The translations under genes and the position numbers were made by a program. From NCBI GenBank assembly GCA_021203245.1, contig JAJQBO010000080.1:1-64000 (forward strand): 64,000 nt of DNA, written 5' to 3'. The DNA is from Planctomycetaceae bacterium (lineage in GTDB: Bacteria; Planctomycetota; SZUA-567). The notes under the pieces were generated by a model that was not told the DNA's origin, ran no database searches, and saw only the letters and a list, made by a program, of their open reading frames with translations. Below, in pieces: positions 27,917 through 40,013 of this stretch. Within the stretch, counting starts at the first letter, position 1. Every line of letters begins with the position of its first letter.

Positions 27917-27940
27917 GTCACCCCCGCGAACGCGGGGGGC
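27917..27940 (+). repeat. REP-like GC hairpin
   Basis: GTCA-CCCCCGCG-aa-CGCGGGGG. It has the same GTCAYYCCSGCG head as the ends of the 178-nt repeat. Confidence 0.6.
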
Positions 27941-28027
27941 CAGTGGACGATACAAAGAGGGAACGAAATGTTTTCCGTAGGAGGTAACGGGTATGTACTA
28001 CCGTTCCTCTTTTGAACTGTTCGCTGG

Positions 28028-28050
28028 ATTCCCGCGTGCGCGGGAATGAC
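28028..28050 (-). repeat. REP-like GC hairpin
   Basis: On the minus strand: GTCA-TTCCCGCG-ca-CGCGGGAAT. This is the same head motif. Confidence 0.6.
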
Positions 28051-28222
28051 GGGATTATTGGAACGAGTGCGGCATAATGCGGCGTGGGTATGCTTCGAAA
28101 GCTCCTGACTCCACACTCCGATACGTCTATATTGCCTTTGCCGTCGCCGTCTTTTCCATGGACCCAAGCCTAACCGCCCGTTTTCTACGTTTGTGGACGT
28201 CCGCACGCCAGGGTAGCGAGAT

Positions 28223-28420
28223 TTAGAAGTGGTGGTGGATACCGTTTTGTTTCATAACTGCGTTGGCGCTGTGGCGGGATTTTATCTTCGCGTCAACCGT
28301 GACGTTGCGATCGGTAATTAGGCTGTACCATATGTCGTGGTCGCCTTTTCCACGCCGGAGAAAAGAGCACCCATTTTGCAGTAATATTTCCCTGACCTTC
28401 TTTTCGTACTCGGCCATCAC
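28223..28420 (-). CDS. hicA: HicA-family toxin (mRNA interferase)
   Basis: 65 aa. The LLQNGCSFLRRGKGDHDIWYS...VTVDAKIKSRHSANAVMKQNGI pattern matches HicA/YcfA. Its start overlaps the stop of the upstream antitoxin (GTGATG). Confidence 0.75.
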   Translation of the reverse strand: MMAEYEKKVREILLQNGCSFLRRGKGDHDIWYSLITDRNVTVDAKIKSRHSANAVMKQNGIHHHF

Positions 28421-28638
28421 AGACAGACTTGTTCAAGCCGTTCTGAATGGAACAGCAGGGAAAAGCTCGTTTCTTCGATGCCGTTCAGCGCCATTATCTC
28501 CGGCGCGCCAAAACGGACCCGTTCGATAAGGGCGTCGAGCGAACCGGATTCCATAACCAATCCGGGAATGTCGTCGCTGGTCGCGGTCCAGACGGCGGCA
28601 TCCGCATCCCAGGTCAGATGTATATGGTATTCAGGCAT
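28417..28638 (-). CDS. HicB-like antitoxin (DUF1902-type)
   Basis: MPEYHIHLTWDADAAVWTATSDDIPGLVMESGSLDALIERV... matches the DUF1902 pattern. I chose the start at 28638, which has a GGAGAGAAA Shine-Dalgarno. Confidence 0.7.
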   Translation of the reverse strand: MPEYHIHLTWDADAAVWTATSDDIPGLVMESGSLDALIERVRFGAPEIMALNGIEETSFSLLFHSERLEQVCL

Positions 28639-28683
28639 TTTCTCTCCACGTTTCCCCAAGTATAGCCCACCACCTCCCAATCG

Positions 28684-31545
<2,862 letters not shown>

Positions 31546-31804
31546 GGCTTGTTCCCTCTGTATATATGGTACCGGGGCGGCGCAATCGTCCGCCCTCCAT
31601 CCCTGACAGTATAGCTCAACCTAATTTTGTCAAATCCACAGGTCCATCACTCGTACGGTTTCCGTTGTTTTTTCCATTTCGCCGGTTGACGAAAATGTGG
31701 TCAGGCACTATATTCACGCCTACATTGCCGGATATTCCGGTTGGGGTGGGTATGGCTTTTCCGCCCGGCGTTGCCGGCCCGCACAAAAGACCTAAGGAAT
31801 TGAT

Positions 31805-33625
31805 ATGACCCATAGAAAACTGATCCTCGGCGCCGCATTGGCCATGGTGTTCTCTTCCGGTTGCATCCCCGAGGGGGAGGAATCGGTGCGGCAGGAGGTC
31901 GATTACGTCCGCGATGCAGCCTTCCAGGAATGGCGCACCGCCCGCGAACGGGGCGAAAACGAGACCAGGGCCGACGGTCCTCTCAGTATCGACGACGCGA
32001 TCAAGCTGGCGCTTCAGTATTCCAAGCCGTTACAGAAAACTGTTTATAACCGCGAAGTTATTCGCGGTCAGCGTATGTCCGCCTACGGCGTGGTGCTGCC
32101 GAGCGCACAGGTCGTCGCCGGCTATTCGCGATGGGAAAAGCGTAACGACTACCTGAATACCGACGTCGACAATTACTCGGCCGGCCTGACCGTCACCCAG
32201 CCGCTGTGGCAGGGCAGCATGATTCCCGCCACCCTGCGCCAGGCGCAGTTGTCGGTCGCCCTGACGGACGAGCAGATCCGCGAATCGATCCAAACCCTTA
32301 TCCAGGACGTCGCCAACACCTATTACGACATCCTCCTGGCCCAGCACCTGGTCGAGACCCACCGCGAAGCGCTGGTGTCGGCCGAGGCGCAACTCCGCAT
32401 GACGACGGAACGCCGCCGCCAGGAAACGGCGACCGACTACGACGTCCTCCGCGCCCAGGTCGACGTCGCGTCCTATCGCGCGCAGATGATTTCGGAGCAG
32501 AACTCGGTGGATTCGAACCGGGTTCGCCTCTTGAAGCTGATGGGCATCTCGCAGGACTCGGAAATCACCCTTTCGGACAAACTGACCTTCCTGCCCATGC
32601 GGCCGGTGTTCGAGCGCGCCGTCGAGGTCGCTTCGTCCAACCGTCCCGACCTGCGCCAGGCCGAGATCGAGGCCAGAGTGCAGCAGGAGGCGATTCGCAT
32701 AGCCCAGAGCGAATTCTTCCCCATGGTCTCGGCGAACTTCTCGCAGGACTTCGGCAAGACCTCGCTCCGCACCCACGGCTTCTCCCGCCGTCCGTGGGAA
32801 GCCGGGGTGCAGGCCAGCCTCGACTTCGGCATCGACAACTTCGGCAACCTGCGCCGCACCAGGGCCGAGGCGCGCCAGGCTGAAATCGAAGTGCTGAACC
32901 GCCAGGAACTGACCCTGATGGAAATCCGTCAGGAAATGAACAACCTGACAAACTCCGAGGAAATGGTCCGCTCGCTTGAAGTCAACCAGGACGCCGCCCG
33001 CGAAGCCCTGCGGCTTGTCCTCGTCGGCTACCAGGCCGGGGTGCGCACCGAAGTCGACGTGACGGACGCCCGCCGCGCCCTCACCGAAGTTCAGGGCCAA
33101 TACTACTCCGCCCTGACCGACCACACCAAGTCGCGCCTGAACCTGCAGGTCGCCATGGGCGTGCTCGGACCCCGCTTTATCAACGACGGCACCCAGACGA
33201 AGCCTGACGTGCCGATCGCCAATATCGAGGAATTCGCGGCCAAGGACTACCAGCCGCCGGAACCCATCTCCATCCCCGGCATTGAATCGACCCCGCGCGA
33301 CCGGAACAACGGCTCCAGGCCCGAAGCGCGCAGCAGCGAGTCGCGCTCGCGGTCGAGCGGCTCCGCCACCCTCGGCACCTCGCCGACCTCGCGCCGCACT
33401 CCGTCCGGACCAGCCGCCGGCGCGGCCCGCCGCGACCCGACCGTGGTGGAGGATTCGGTCCGCCGCACCGAGGAAGTCATCAAGGAAGCGGAGGAATCGG
33501 TCCGCGGCAAGCCGCAGTCGAGCGCGGACTCCGAGACAAGCGGCAACGTCACGACGGCCAAGATCACCATCAGGCCGGACCGGTCCGCCGTCGCCCGCGC
33601 CGAGAGCGAAAACAGGCCGCAGTAG
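31805..33625 (+). CDS. TolC-family outer-membrane efflux lipoprotein with disordered C-terminal tail
   Basis: Lipobox LAMVFSSGC. Two OEP repeats are present (ALQYSKPLQ..., AQSEFFPMVSANF...). The last ~130 aa are S/R/P/E-rich low complexity. Confidence 0.8.
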   Translation: MTHRKLILGAALAMVFSSGCIPEGEESVRQEVDYVRDAAFQEWRTARERGENETRADGPLSIDDAIKLALQYSKPLQKTVYNREVIRGQRMSAYGVVLPSAQVVAGYSRWEKRNDYLNTDVDNYSAGLTVTQPLWQGSMIPATLRQAQLSVALTDEQIRESIQTLIQDVANTYYDILLAQHLVETHREALVSAEAQLRMTTERRRQETATDYDVLRAQVDVASYRAQMISEQNSVDSNRVRLLKLMGISQDSEITLSDKLTFLPMRPVFERAVEVASSNRPDLRQAEIEARVQQEAIRIAQSEFFPMVSANFSQDFGKTSLRTHGFSRRPWEAGVQASLDFGIDNFGNLRRTRAEARQAEIEVLNRQELTLMEIRQEMNNLTNSEEMVRSLEVNQDAAREALRLVLVGYQAGVRTEVDVTDARRALTEVQGQYYSALTDHTKSRLNLQVAMGVLGPRFINDGTQTKPDVPIANIEEFAAKDYQPPEPISIPGIESTPRDRNNGSRPEARSSESRSRSSGSATLGTSPTSRRTPSGPAAGAARRDPTVVEDSVRRTEEVIKEAEESVRGKPQSSADSETSGNVTTAKITIRPDRSAVARAESENRPQ

Positions 33626-33650
33626 CGTTCGACGCCACAATCTAACAACA

Positions 33651-33678
33651 GGGGAACGATTGGTTCGTTCCCCTTTTT
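33651..33678 (+). terminator. intrinsic terminator after the TolC-like gene
   Basis: GGGGAACGA-loop-TCGTTCCCC followed by TTTTT. It ends 1 nt before ATG 33680. Confidence 0.7.
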
Positions 33679-33691
33679 CATGGGGGAAATT

Positions 33692-34930
33692 ATGCTGGAA
33701 CGATTCTTTAAACTCAGGGAACACAATACCACCGTCGGCACCGAAATGATGGCCGGCCTGTTGACCTTCCTGACCGCCGTCTACATCCTCGCCGTCAACC
33801 CGATGATTCTGTCCAATGCCGGCATGCCGCAGGATGCGCTGTTCACCGCCACGGCGCTGGCGATTATCGTCGGCACGCTGCTGATGGGGCTGTTCGCCAA
33901 CATGCCCTTCATCCTCGCGCCCGGCATGGGCATCAACGTCTTTTTCGCCTTTTCCGTCGTGCTGGGCAAGGGCTATAGCTGGCAGGAAGGGCTGACCGCC
34001 ATCCTTATCGCCGGCATCCTCTTTGTGGTGTCGGGCGCGCTCGGGTTGCGGCGCATTCTTCTGAAAGGCTTCCCCGAGCCGCTCAAGCACGCCATGACCA
34101 TATCGCTCGGCCTGATGATCGCCCATATCGGGCTGACGAACGCCGGGGTGCTGCGCGTCGACGGCGGCTTTATCAAGCTGGGCGACATCACCTCCGGTCC
34201 GCCGCTGTTGGCGCTGCTCGGGATTGTCATCACCGGCGCGTTTCTGGCGCTCGGCGTGCGGACCGGCATTCTCGCCGGCATCATTGTCACGACGATTCTC
34301 GGCGTCTTCATGGGGGTGACGGACGTCTCCGCCCTCACCGGCGGCGTCGTTTCCATGCCGCCCTCCATCGCGCCCATCGCCATGGCGTTTTCGTTCGATA
34401 CCGCGCGCATCCTGACGATGGATTTCTTCGTCGTCATCTTTACCCTGCTGGTCATCGACATCTTCGACAGCCTCGGCACCTTTATCGGCGTGTTCAACCA
34501 TTTTTCGCCGCAGGAGAAAGCGAAGTACGAAGCCGGGATTCCCCGCGCCCTGATGTGCGACGCCGTCGCCACCGTCGCCGGCGCCTGCTTCGGCGTCTCC
34601 ACCGTCACCACCTTTGTCGAAAGTTCGACAGGCATCCAGACCGGCGGCAGAACCGGCCTGACCACCGTCGCCATCGCCATCCTCACCGCCCTGGCGCTGT
34701 TCGCCTCGCCGTTGTTCCTCATGGTTCCGGCGGCCGCCACCGCGCCGGCCCTGGTGATGGTCGGCATGTTCATGATGGCGATGTCGCGGCGTTTGAATTG
34801 GAGCGACGTCTCGGAAGGCCTGCCCGCCGTCATGATGATGCTCGTGACCGCCCTGACCCTGTCCATCTCCGACGGCCTGATGTTCGGCTGGATCGGCTAC
34901 ATGGTCTTCAAGCTTGTGATGGGCAAATGA
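33692..34930 (+). CDS. NCS2-family purine permease (AzgA / guanine-hypoxanthine-adenine type)
   Basis: MLERFFKLREHNTTVGTEMMAGLLTFLTAVYILAVNPMIL is the typical AzgA-type N-terminus. The protein is polytopic. ATG 33680 is an alternative start. Confidence 0.85.
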   Translation: MLERFFKLREHNTTVGTEMMAGLLTFLTAVYILAVNPMILSNAGMPQDALFTATALAIIVGTLLMGLFANMPFILAPGMGINVFFAFSVVLGKGYSWQEGLTAILIAGILFVVSGALGLRRILLKGFPEPLKHAMTISLGLMIAHIGLTNAGVLRVDGGFIKLGDITSGPPLLALLGIVITGAFLALGVRTGILAGIIVTTILGVFMGVTDVSALTGGVVSMPPSIAPIAMAFSFDTARILTMDFFVVIFTLLVIDIFDSLGTFIGVFNHFSPQEKAKYEAGIPRALMCDAVATVAGACFGVSTVTTFVESSTGIQTGGRTGLTTVAIAILTALALFASPLFLMVPAAATAPALVMVGMFMMAMSRRLNWSDVSEGLPAVMMMLVTALTLSISDGLMFGWIGYMVFKLVMGK

Positions 34931-35052
34931 CGCGACCTCAACCCCACGGTTATCGTGGTCGGCCTGTTCTTCATCCTCCGTCTGATCCTGATGTAAGAAT
35001 TGGTCACGGGGGAACGGTCATCGCACCATACAACCACTCGTGCCGTCATAGA

Positions 35053-35084
35053 GGCAGGCCTGCCACGGGCCTGCCCCTTTTTCT
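35053..35084 (+). terminator. intrinsic terminator after the permease
   Basis: GGCAGGCC-loop-GGCCTGCC followed by CCTTTTTCT. Confidence 0.7.
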
Positions 35085-35307
35085 GTATGCCTACGCCCTC
35101 TCGCTTCCTCAGTATGTTCACCAATACGCCTTCCTCCTGGCCCAAACGGCATGCCGGAGGAAAAATGTGATCCCGACCATACCGATACAGGACCATACAA
35201 TATAACGACCACATTTCCTGCCACCAAACGTCCCAAATAATTCACCATGCCGAAACTTTTTTCCAAAAATTCACCACGAAAAAGTTGCACAAGTAAATTG
35301 ATGAGAT

Positions 35308-35321
35308 ATCATACGTATGAT
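35308..35321. promoter_or_regulatory. perfect 14-bp palindrome, candidate operator
   Basis: ATCATACGTATGAT lies 127 nt upstream of the 35448 gene, in an AT-rich non-coding stretch. A FadR-type GntR gene is encoded just downstream. Confidence 0.35.
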
Positions 35322-35447
35322 GGCTGACATCGCACCGATTCCGCTTTACCCACATCATAGAAAGGAGGTTTCGTCCAGCACGCGATCCCGTCAATTTTTG
35401 TGCGACATGCATTCCTCAACCCTGTTCTCGAACTGTAAAGGAAAGCC

Positions 35448-36281
35448 ATGGAAAAAGTTGTGCTCTTGGGCGCGGCAGGCAAGATGGGCATGCGCCTGGC
35501 TCGGAACCTGCGAAACAGCAAGAATTACGATACGCTCTATATCGAAACATCCCCTGAAGGCGTCAAGCGGCTGGCTGATGTCGGCCTGTCTGTCAGCGCG
35601 TTTGCCGATGCCATTCCCCAGGCCGATTATGTCATCATGGCCCTGCCCGACCGGTTTATCAACACCGTGGCGACTGACATGCTGCCGCTCCTCAAAACCG
35701 GCGCGATGGTGATGATGCTGGACCCGGCCGCCGCTTTTGCGGGAAAGCTTCCGACAAAAGACGGCGTGGATTATTTCGTCACCCACCCCTACCACACCGC
35801 ATTCATCAACGACGAAACCGACCCCAATGCCAAATCCGACTATTTCGGCGGCGATTATGCCAAGCAGAACATCGTCTGCGCCCTTTTCAAGGGAGACGAA
35901 GCCCAATACGGCCGCGGCGAAGCCCTGGCCAAGACCGTGTTCGGCAAGGTGGTGAACGCCTACCGGGTCACGGTGGAACAGATGGCCATCCTTGAACCCG
36001 GCCTGGCCGAAACGGTCTGCGCCACCCTCCTCTATGGCCTGCGTGCCGCCCTGGACCGCGTCGTGGAAATGGGCGTCCCGGCGGAGGCGGCCAAAGCCTT
36101 CCTCATGGGGCATATGCTGGGCGAGTCGGTGGTGGTGTTCGACTATGTGGATTACAATATGTCCGACGCCTGCCTCGAGGCGGTCAGGCTCGCCACACCC
36201 GAAATTTTCCAGCCCGGCTGGCTGGACAAAATCTTCACTCTCGAAGCCATCCGCAAAAGCGCATGCGACATCACTGTGTGA
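35448..36281 (+). CDS. NAD(P)-binding oxidoreductase (6-phosphogluconate/ProC-like Rossmann N-terminus)
   Basis: MEKVVLLGAAGKMGMRLARNL is a GxxGxxG Rossmann start. 277 aa. The substrate is unknown. Confidence 0.6.
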   Translation: MEKVVLLGAAGKMGMRLARNLRNSKNYDTLYIETSPEGVKRLADVGLSVSAFADAIPQADYVIMALPDRFINTVATDMLPLLKTGAMVMMLDPAAAFAGKLPTKDGVDYFVTHPYHTAFINDETDPNAKSDYFGGDYAKQNIVCALFKGDEAQYGRGEALAKTVFGKVVNAYRVTVEQMAILEPGLAETVCATLLYGLRAALDRVVEMGVPAEAAKAFLMGHMLGESVVVFDYVDYNMSDACLEAVRLATPEIFQPGWLDKIFTLEAIRKSACDITV

Positions 36282-36408
36282 AATACACGCCGGGCCTGTC
36301 GGGGAGTTTGCTATTGCCTTCCAGTGAATTGCGGTGAAAATGGTCAGGCGGCGGCGCGGTGCGCCATTGCGACCGACCCGAACAGGAATTCACCCGGAGC
36401 ACGTATCG

Positions 36409-37209
36409 ATGGATGTCGAACCAAGCATGTTTTCCGAAAAAACCGAATCCGGACGCCTCGTCACCAAGAGCCGCGATGCACGCAACGGCGTGCTGGACTT
36501 CTTCGCGACAGACGGCAGGAGGAGCGCCGTGGAACATGTTATCGATCGCTTCAAGATGCTGTTTCTGCAGCGGGTGTTGAATCCTGGCGATCGCATTCCG
36601 TCTGAAAAGGACTTGGCCGACAGCATGAATATCGGCCGGGGCAGTATCCGCGAAGCGGTCAAGGTGCTGGCGGGATACGGCATTCTGGAAATCCGCCGCG
36701 GCGACGGCACCTATGTCTCGGAAAACATGGGCACCACCCTGTTCGACCATCTGCTTTTCCAAATCCTGGCGAGCGGCTACGACCAGCGCAACCTTATCGA
36801 ATTGAGGAAGCTGATGGAATACGGAGTCGTCGACCTCGCCATCACCCGGCATACCCCGGAGGATATGGAACTGCTCGACGCCGCCCACCAGAGCCTCAAA
36901 ACCATTCTCGAACGCGGTGACTATACTGCCGAGAATCTCATCGACGGCGAACGGCGTTTCCATCTCGCCATGAGCCGCGCCACCCACAACGAGCCGGTGC
37001 ATCGCATTTACAGCTTTACGCTCGAACTGATTCTCCCCACCATCCGCAACACCTTCGCGCTGCGCGACAAGGACGAGCAGTACAAGGTTGTGGTGGGCAC
37101 GCATTCTGAAATTGTGGACGCCATCCGGGAACGAAATCCCGGAAAGGGCATCAGCGCCGTCGCCCATTCCATCGACACCTGGATCTACTCCATGGACCGT
37201 TTTCCGTAA
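36409..37209 (+). CDS. GntR-family transcriptional regulator, FadR subfamily
   Basis: Winged HTH PGDRIPSEKDLADSMNIGRGSIREAVKVLAGYGILEIRRGDGTYV, plus an all-helical FCD-type C-terminal domain. The start is uncertain (ATG 36409 chosen). Confidence 0.85.
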   Translation: MDVEPSMFSEKTESGRLVTKSRDARNGVLDFFATDGRRSAVEHVIDRFKMLFLQRVLNPGDRIPSEKDLADSMNIGRGSIREAVKVLAGYGILEIRRGDGTYVSENMGTTLFDHLLFQILASGYDQRNLIELRKLMEYGVVDLAITRHTPEDMELLDAAHQSLKTILERGDYTAENLIDGERRFHLAMSRATHNEPVHRIYSFTLELILPTIRNTFALRDKDEQYKVVVGTHSEIVDAIRERNPGKGISAVAHSIDTWIYSMDRFP

Positions 37210-37338
37210 CACTATCCTTTCCCTACTCCCAGCCGTACCCGGTTCGACGTGATTGCCCGGCATCACGTAGTGGACCCGTGCGGCCTAACACCGCTCCCGC
37301 GTCCCGTCCCTGCCCGAAGCGAATCGGGACGGACGGCC

Positions 37339-38214
37339 ATGACCAAAGGACATGCCCCCATGTATATAGCGAGTCAAAGCTATCTCTTCGACCGAACCGG
37401 CCATTCCCTGGTCGAGGCGATCACGATTTCATCATCGCGCGGCATCCGGTTTTTCGACTTTTCCTCCAACCGCCACAGCGATCCGTCGACTTTGCCGCCG
37501 GGAAAACGCAAGGACGTGGCCGCAGCCCTGGCCGATCACGGCGTCACCGCGTCGCAACTTCTCATCATTATGGCGGACGGCATCGCCTCCACCAGCGCAA
37601 CGGCCCGCGACAAGAATATGGCCTATATGCAGCGTTGCGGCGAGTTCATCCGCGAAATGGGCGGCAGACAGGCGCTGATCTGCGTCGGCGGCTACCGGGA
37701 GATCGGCGTCGCGCCCGAACGCTCCTGGGTGCACATGCTCAACTCCATAGGCGAGTATGGCACATGGGCCGCCACAATGGATCTGCTCGTCGGCGTGGAG
37801 ATGGAACCGCACGTCTATTATCTTCTTTCCAACATGGACCGGCTCTACCGCGCCCTCCAGCAGATCGGCCTCCCCAACCTCTACCCCAACGTCGATATCG
37901 GCCATATGTGGATGACCCGGGAAGGCCCCGAGTATCTCGACCGTTTCGCCGGCCGCCTCTACCACGGCCACCTCAGCGATCACAACGGCATGGCCCATTC
38001 CAACAATATCCTCGGCACCAACGGCGTCCCGTTCTCCGCGTATTTGCAAAAATGCCGCGACATGGGCATAGCCGAAAGCTGCCGGCAGGCGGGCATTGAG
38101 CCCGTTTTTTCCATGGAGATATCGCAGGACGACAGCCCCGTCGACAGCGTCGAAAACTGGCTTGACAGAAGCCTCGCCTACCTGAAGGCACACGTTCCCG
38201 AACTGTCTCTCTAG
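37339..38214 (+). CDS. sugar phosphate isomerase/epimerase (xylose-isomerase-like TIM barrel)
   Basis: Pattern of the AP_endonuc_2/TIM-barrel family (…GVEMEPHVYYL…, …NVDIGHMWM…, …HGHLSDHNG…). The start is uncertain. Confidence 0.7.
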   Translation: MTKGHAPMYIASQSYLFDRTGHSLVEAITISSSRGIRFFDFSSNRHSDPSTLPPGKRKDVAAALADHGVTASQLLIIMADGIASTSATARDKNMAYMQRCGEFIREMGGRQALICVGGYREIGVAPERSWVHMLNSIGEYGTWAATMDLLVGVEMEPHVYYLLSNMDRLYRALQQIGLPNLYPNVDIGHMWMTREGPEYLDRFAGRLYHGHLSDHNGMAHSNNILGTNGVPFSAYLQKCRDMGIAESCRQAGIEPVFSMEISQDDSPVDSVENWLDRSLAYLKAHVPELSL

Positions 38215-38339
38215 ACTCCTTCGGGAATACCCGCGGACACCACGTTCCTGGATTTCCCCGCAATGTATCGAAAGAGTGACACAGTATCGTGTGACAGCAT
38301 CGCCATCCATTCCATTCCCGAACGTCAGAGGAGAAAACC

Positions 38340-39308
38340 GTGCAGAGAAAATTCTTTTCCGCCGTCATCCTGGCAGCGGTCATCATGTCCCTCGCCGTCG
38401 CCCTGGGAGGCGAACGCTTCAAACTCGGTTTTACCAGTGAAATAGACAGCAACTACCACAAGGGCGCGCTGCGCTTTCAGGAGCTGGTCGCCGAGTATAC
38501 CGGCGGCGGCATCGTCATCGATGTCTTTCCCGCCAGCCAGTTGGGCAGCGAACGCGATCTGATCGAGGGCACCTCCCTCGGTACGGTGGAAATGTGCATC
38601 AGTTCCTCCGGGCCGCTTTCCAACTTCTCTTCGGACTTTATGGTCATGGACCTCCCCTACCTCGTCACGAGCCGGGAAAAACTCTTCGCCACCCTGGACG
38701 GCCCGATCGGCCAGCAGATCCTTTCCACCCTTGAACAGGCCAACCTCAAGGGCCTGGGCTTTTGGGAAAACGGCTTCCGCTGCCTGACCAACAACCGCGC
38801 CCCGATCACCAGACCGGCCGAACTGGCCGGAATGAAGATCCGCACCATGGAAAACCCCATCCACCAGTACACCTTCAACAACTACGGCGCCACCGCCGTC
38901 CCCATGGCCTGGGGCGAGGTGTTTATCGCCATGCAGTAGGGGGTTGTCGACGGCCACGAAAACGCCATCAATTCCATCTGGGCTGCCAAGGTCTACGAGG
39001 TGCAGAAATACCTTTCCCTTACCTTCCATTTCTATTCCCCGGCGGTGCTCCTCATGAACAACGACCTGTACAACAGCCTTTCCGACACGCACCGCGACCA
39101 GATCGACCGGGCCGCCCGCGAAGCCATGCAGTACGAGCGCCGGTATTCGGCCGATATCGAACTGCAGTTGATCGACGAACTGAAAAAGAAGGGCATGACA
39201 GTGCTCGAGGTCGACGTGGAGGAATGGAAACAGGCCAGCGCCAAGGTCTATGACGAGTTCCGCGACAAGATCAAACCTGAATACATGAAGGCTTTTATCG
39301 GAGAATGA
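38340..39308 (+). pseudogene. dctP: TRAP transporter substrate-binding protein (DctP family) with in-frame TAG
   Basis: A single reading frame is interrupted by TAG at 38937-38939: ...WGEVFIAMQ*GVVDGHENAINSIWAAKVYEVQKYL..., inside the conserved xLQxGVVDGxEN motif. GTG start with AGAGGAG Shine-Dalgarno. Confidence 0.85.
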
Positions 39309-39395
39309 TCGGTTGTGGCGCGATTTGTTCATACGCGGCCCGCTCTCCGGCGGGAGGGCGGGCCGTCGACTCCTCTGCCATAAGCGAGATTCCCA

Positions 39396-39902
39396 ATGCG
39401 TGAGCGCTTGAAGAAGATTTCCGGAAATTTCGAAGAATTTTTTATCGCCTTTTTTCTGACCATCATGGTCGTCGCCGTCTTCCTGGCCACTGTCGGCCGC
39501 TATACCGCCCTGTTTTCCATGCCGTGGGCCGACGAGTTAAGCCGGTACCTCTGCGTGCGGGTGGTCTTCCTGGGCATTGGCGCCGGAGCGCGCCACAACG
39601 CCCACTTCATCGTCGACATCCTGCCGGCCATGCTCTCCCCCCGGCATCGCCGCTGGCAACGGATCTTCGTCACCGTCTTTGTCGTGTGCTTCATGGGTGT
39701 GCTGGTCTATTACTCCGGGTCGATGGTGTCCCGCATCGTTCGAATGAACCAGATCTCTGCATCCATGCGCATCCCCATGTGGAGCGTCTATATAGCCATT
39801 CCCATCGGCTGCCTCCTGATGGCTGTCCGCACCATCCAGGCGTGCGTGGCGAGCATGAAAACCGAAGCCGCCGCCCGACCCAATCCCGAGGATGAAGTGT
39901 AA
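39396..39902 (+). CDS. dctQ: TRAP transporter small permease (DctQ family)
   Basis: 168 aa, four TM segments, WADELSRYL motif. It lies between the dctP and dctM homologues. Confidence 0.85.
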   Translation: MRERLKKISGNFEEFFIAFFLTIMVVAVFLATVGRYTALFSMPWADELSRYLCVRVVFLGIGAGARHNAHFIVDILPAMLSPRHRRWQRIFVTVFVVCFMGVLVYYSGSMVSRIVRMNQISASMRIPMWSVYIAIPIGCLLMAVRTIQACVASMKTEAAARPNPEDEV

Positions 39903-40013
39903 TCGGTTCTCTGAATTTCCGTGAGCAAATGCCGTGAACGCGATACCGGCGGAGAGCAGCCGCCGGTTTCATCTCACCAAATTCGTAGAATGCCGTAGGA
40001 AGGAGACGCCGAC

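Noticed and set aside
27904-28206. A 100-aa ORF on the minus strand (…NPVIPAHAGIQRTVQ…).
   Set aside because: It is the translation of the REP-like GC hairpins. It has no Shine-Dalgarno and no coding-type codon bias.
33626-33691. A purine riboswitch upstream of the NCS2 purine permease.
   Set aside because: The spacer is only about 55-65 nt and is occupied by the TolC-gene terminator. There is no room for a purine aptamer and no three-way-junction sequence.
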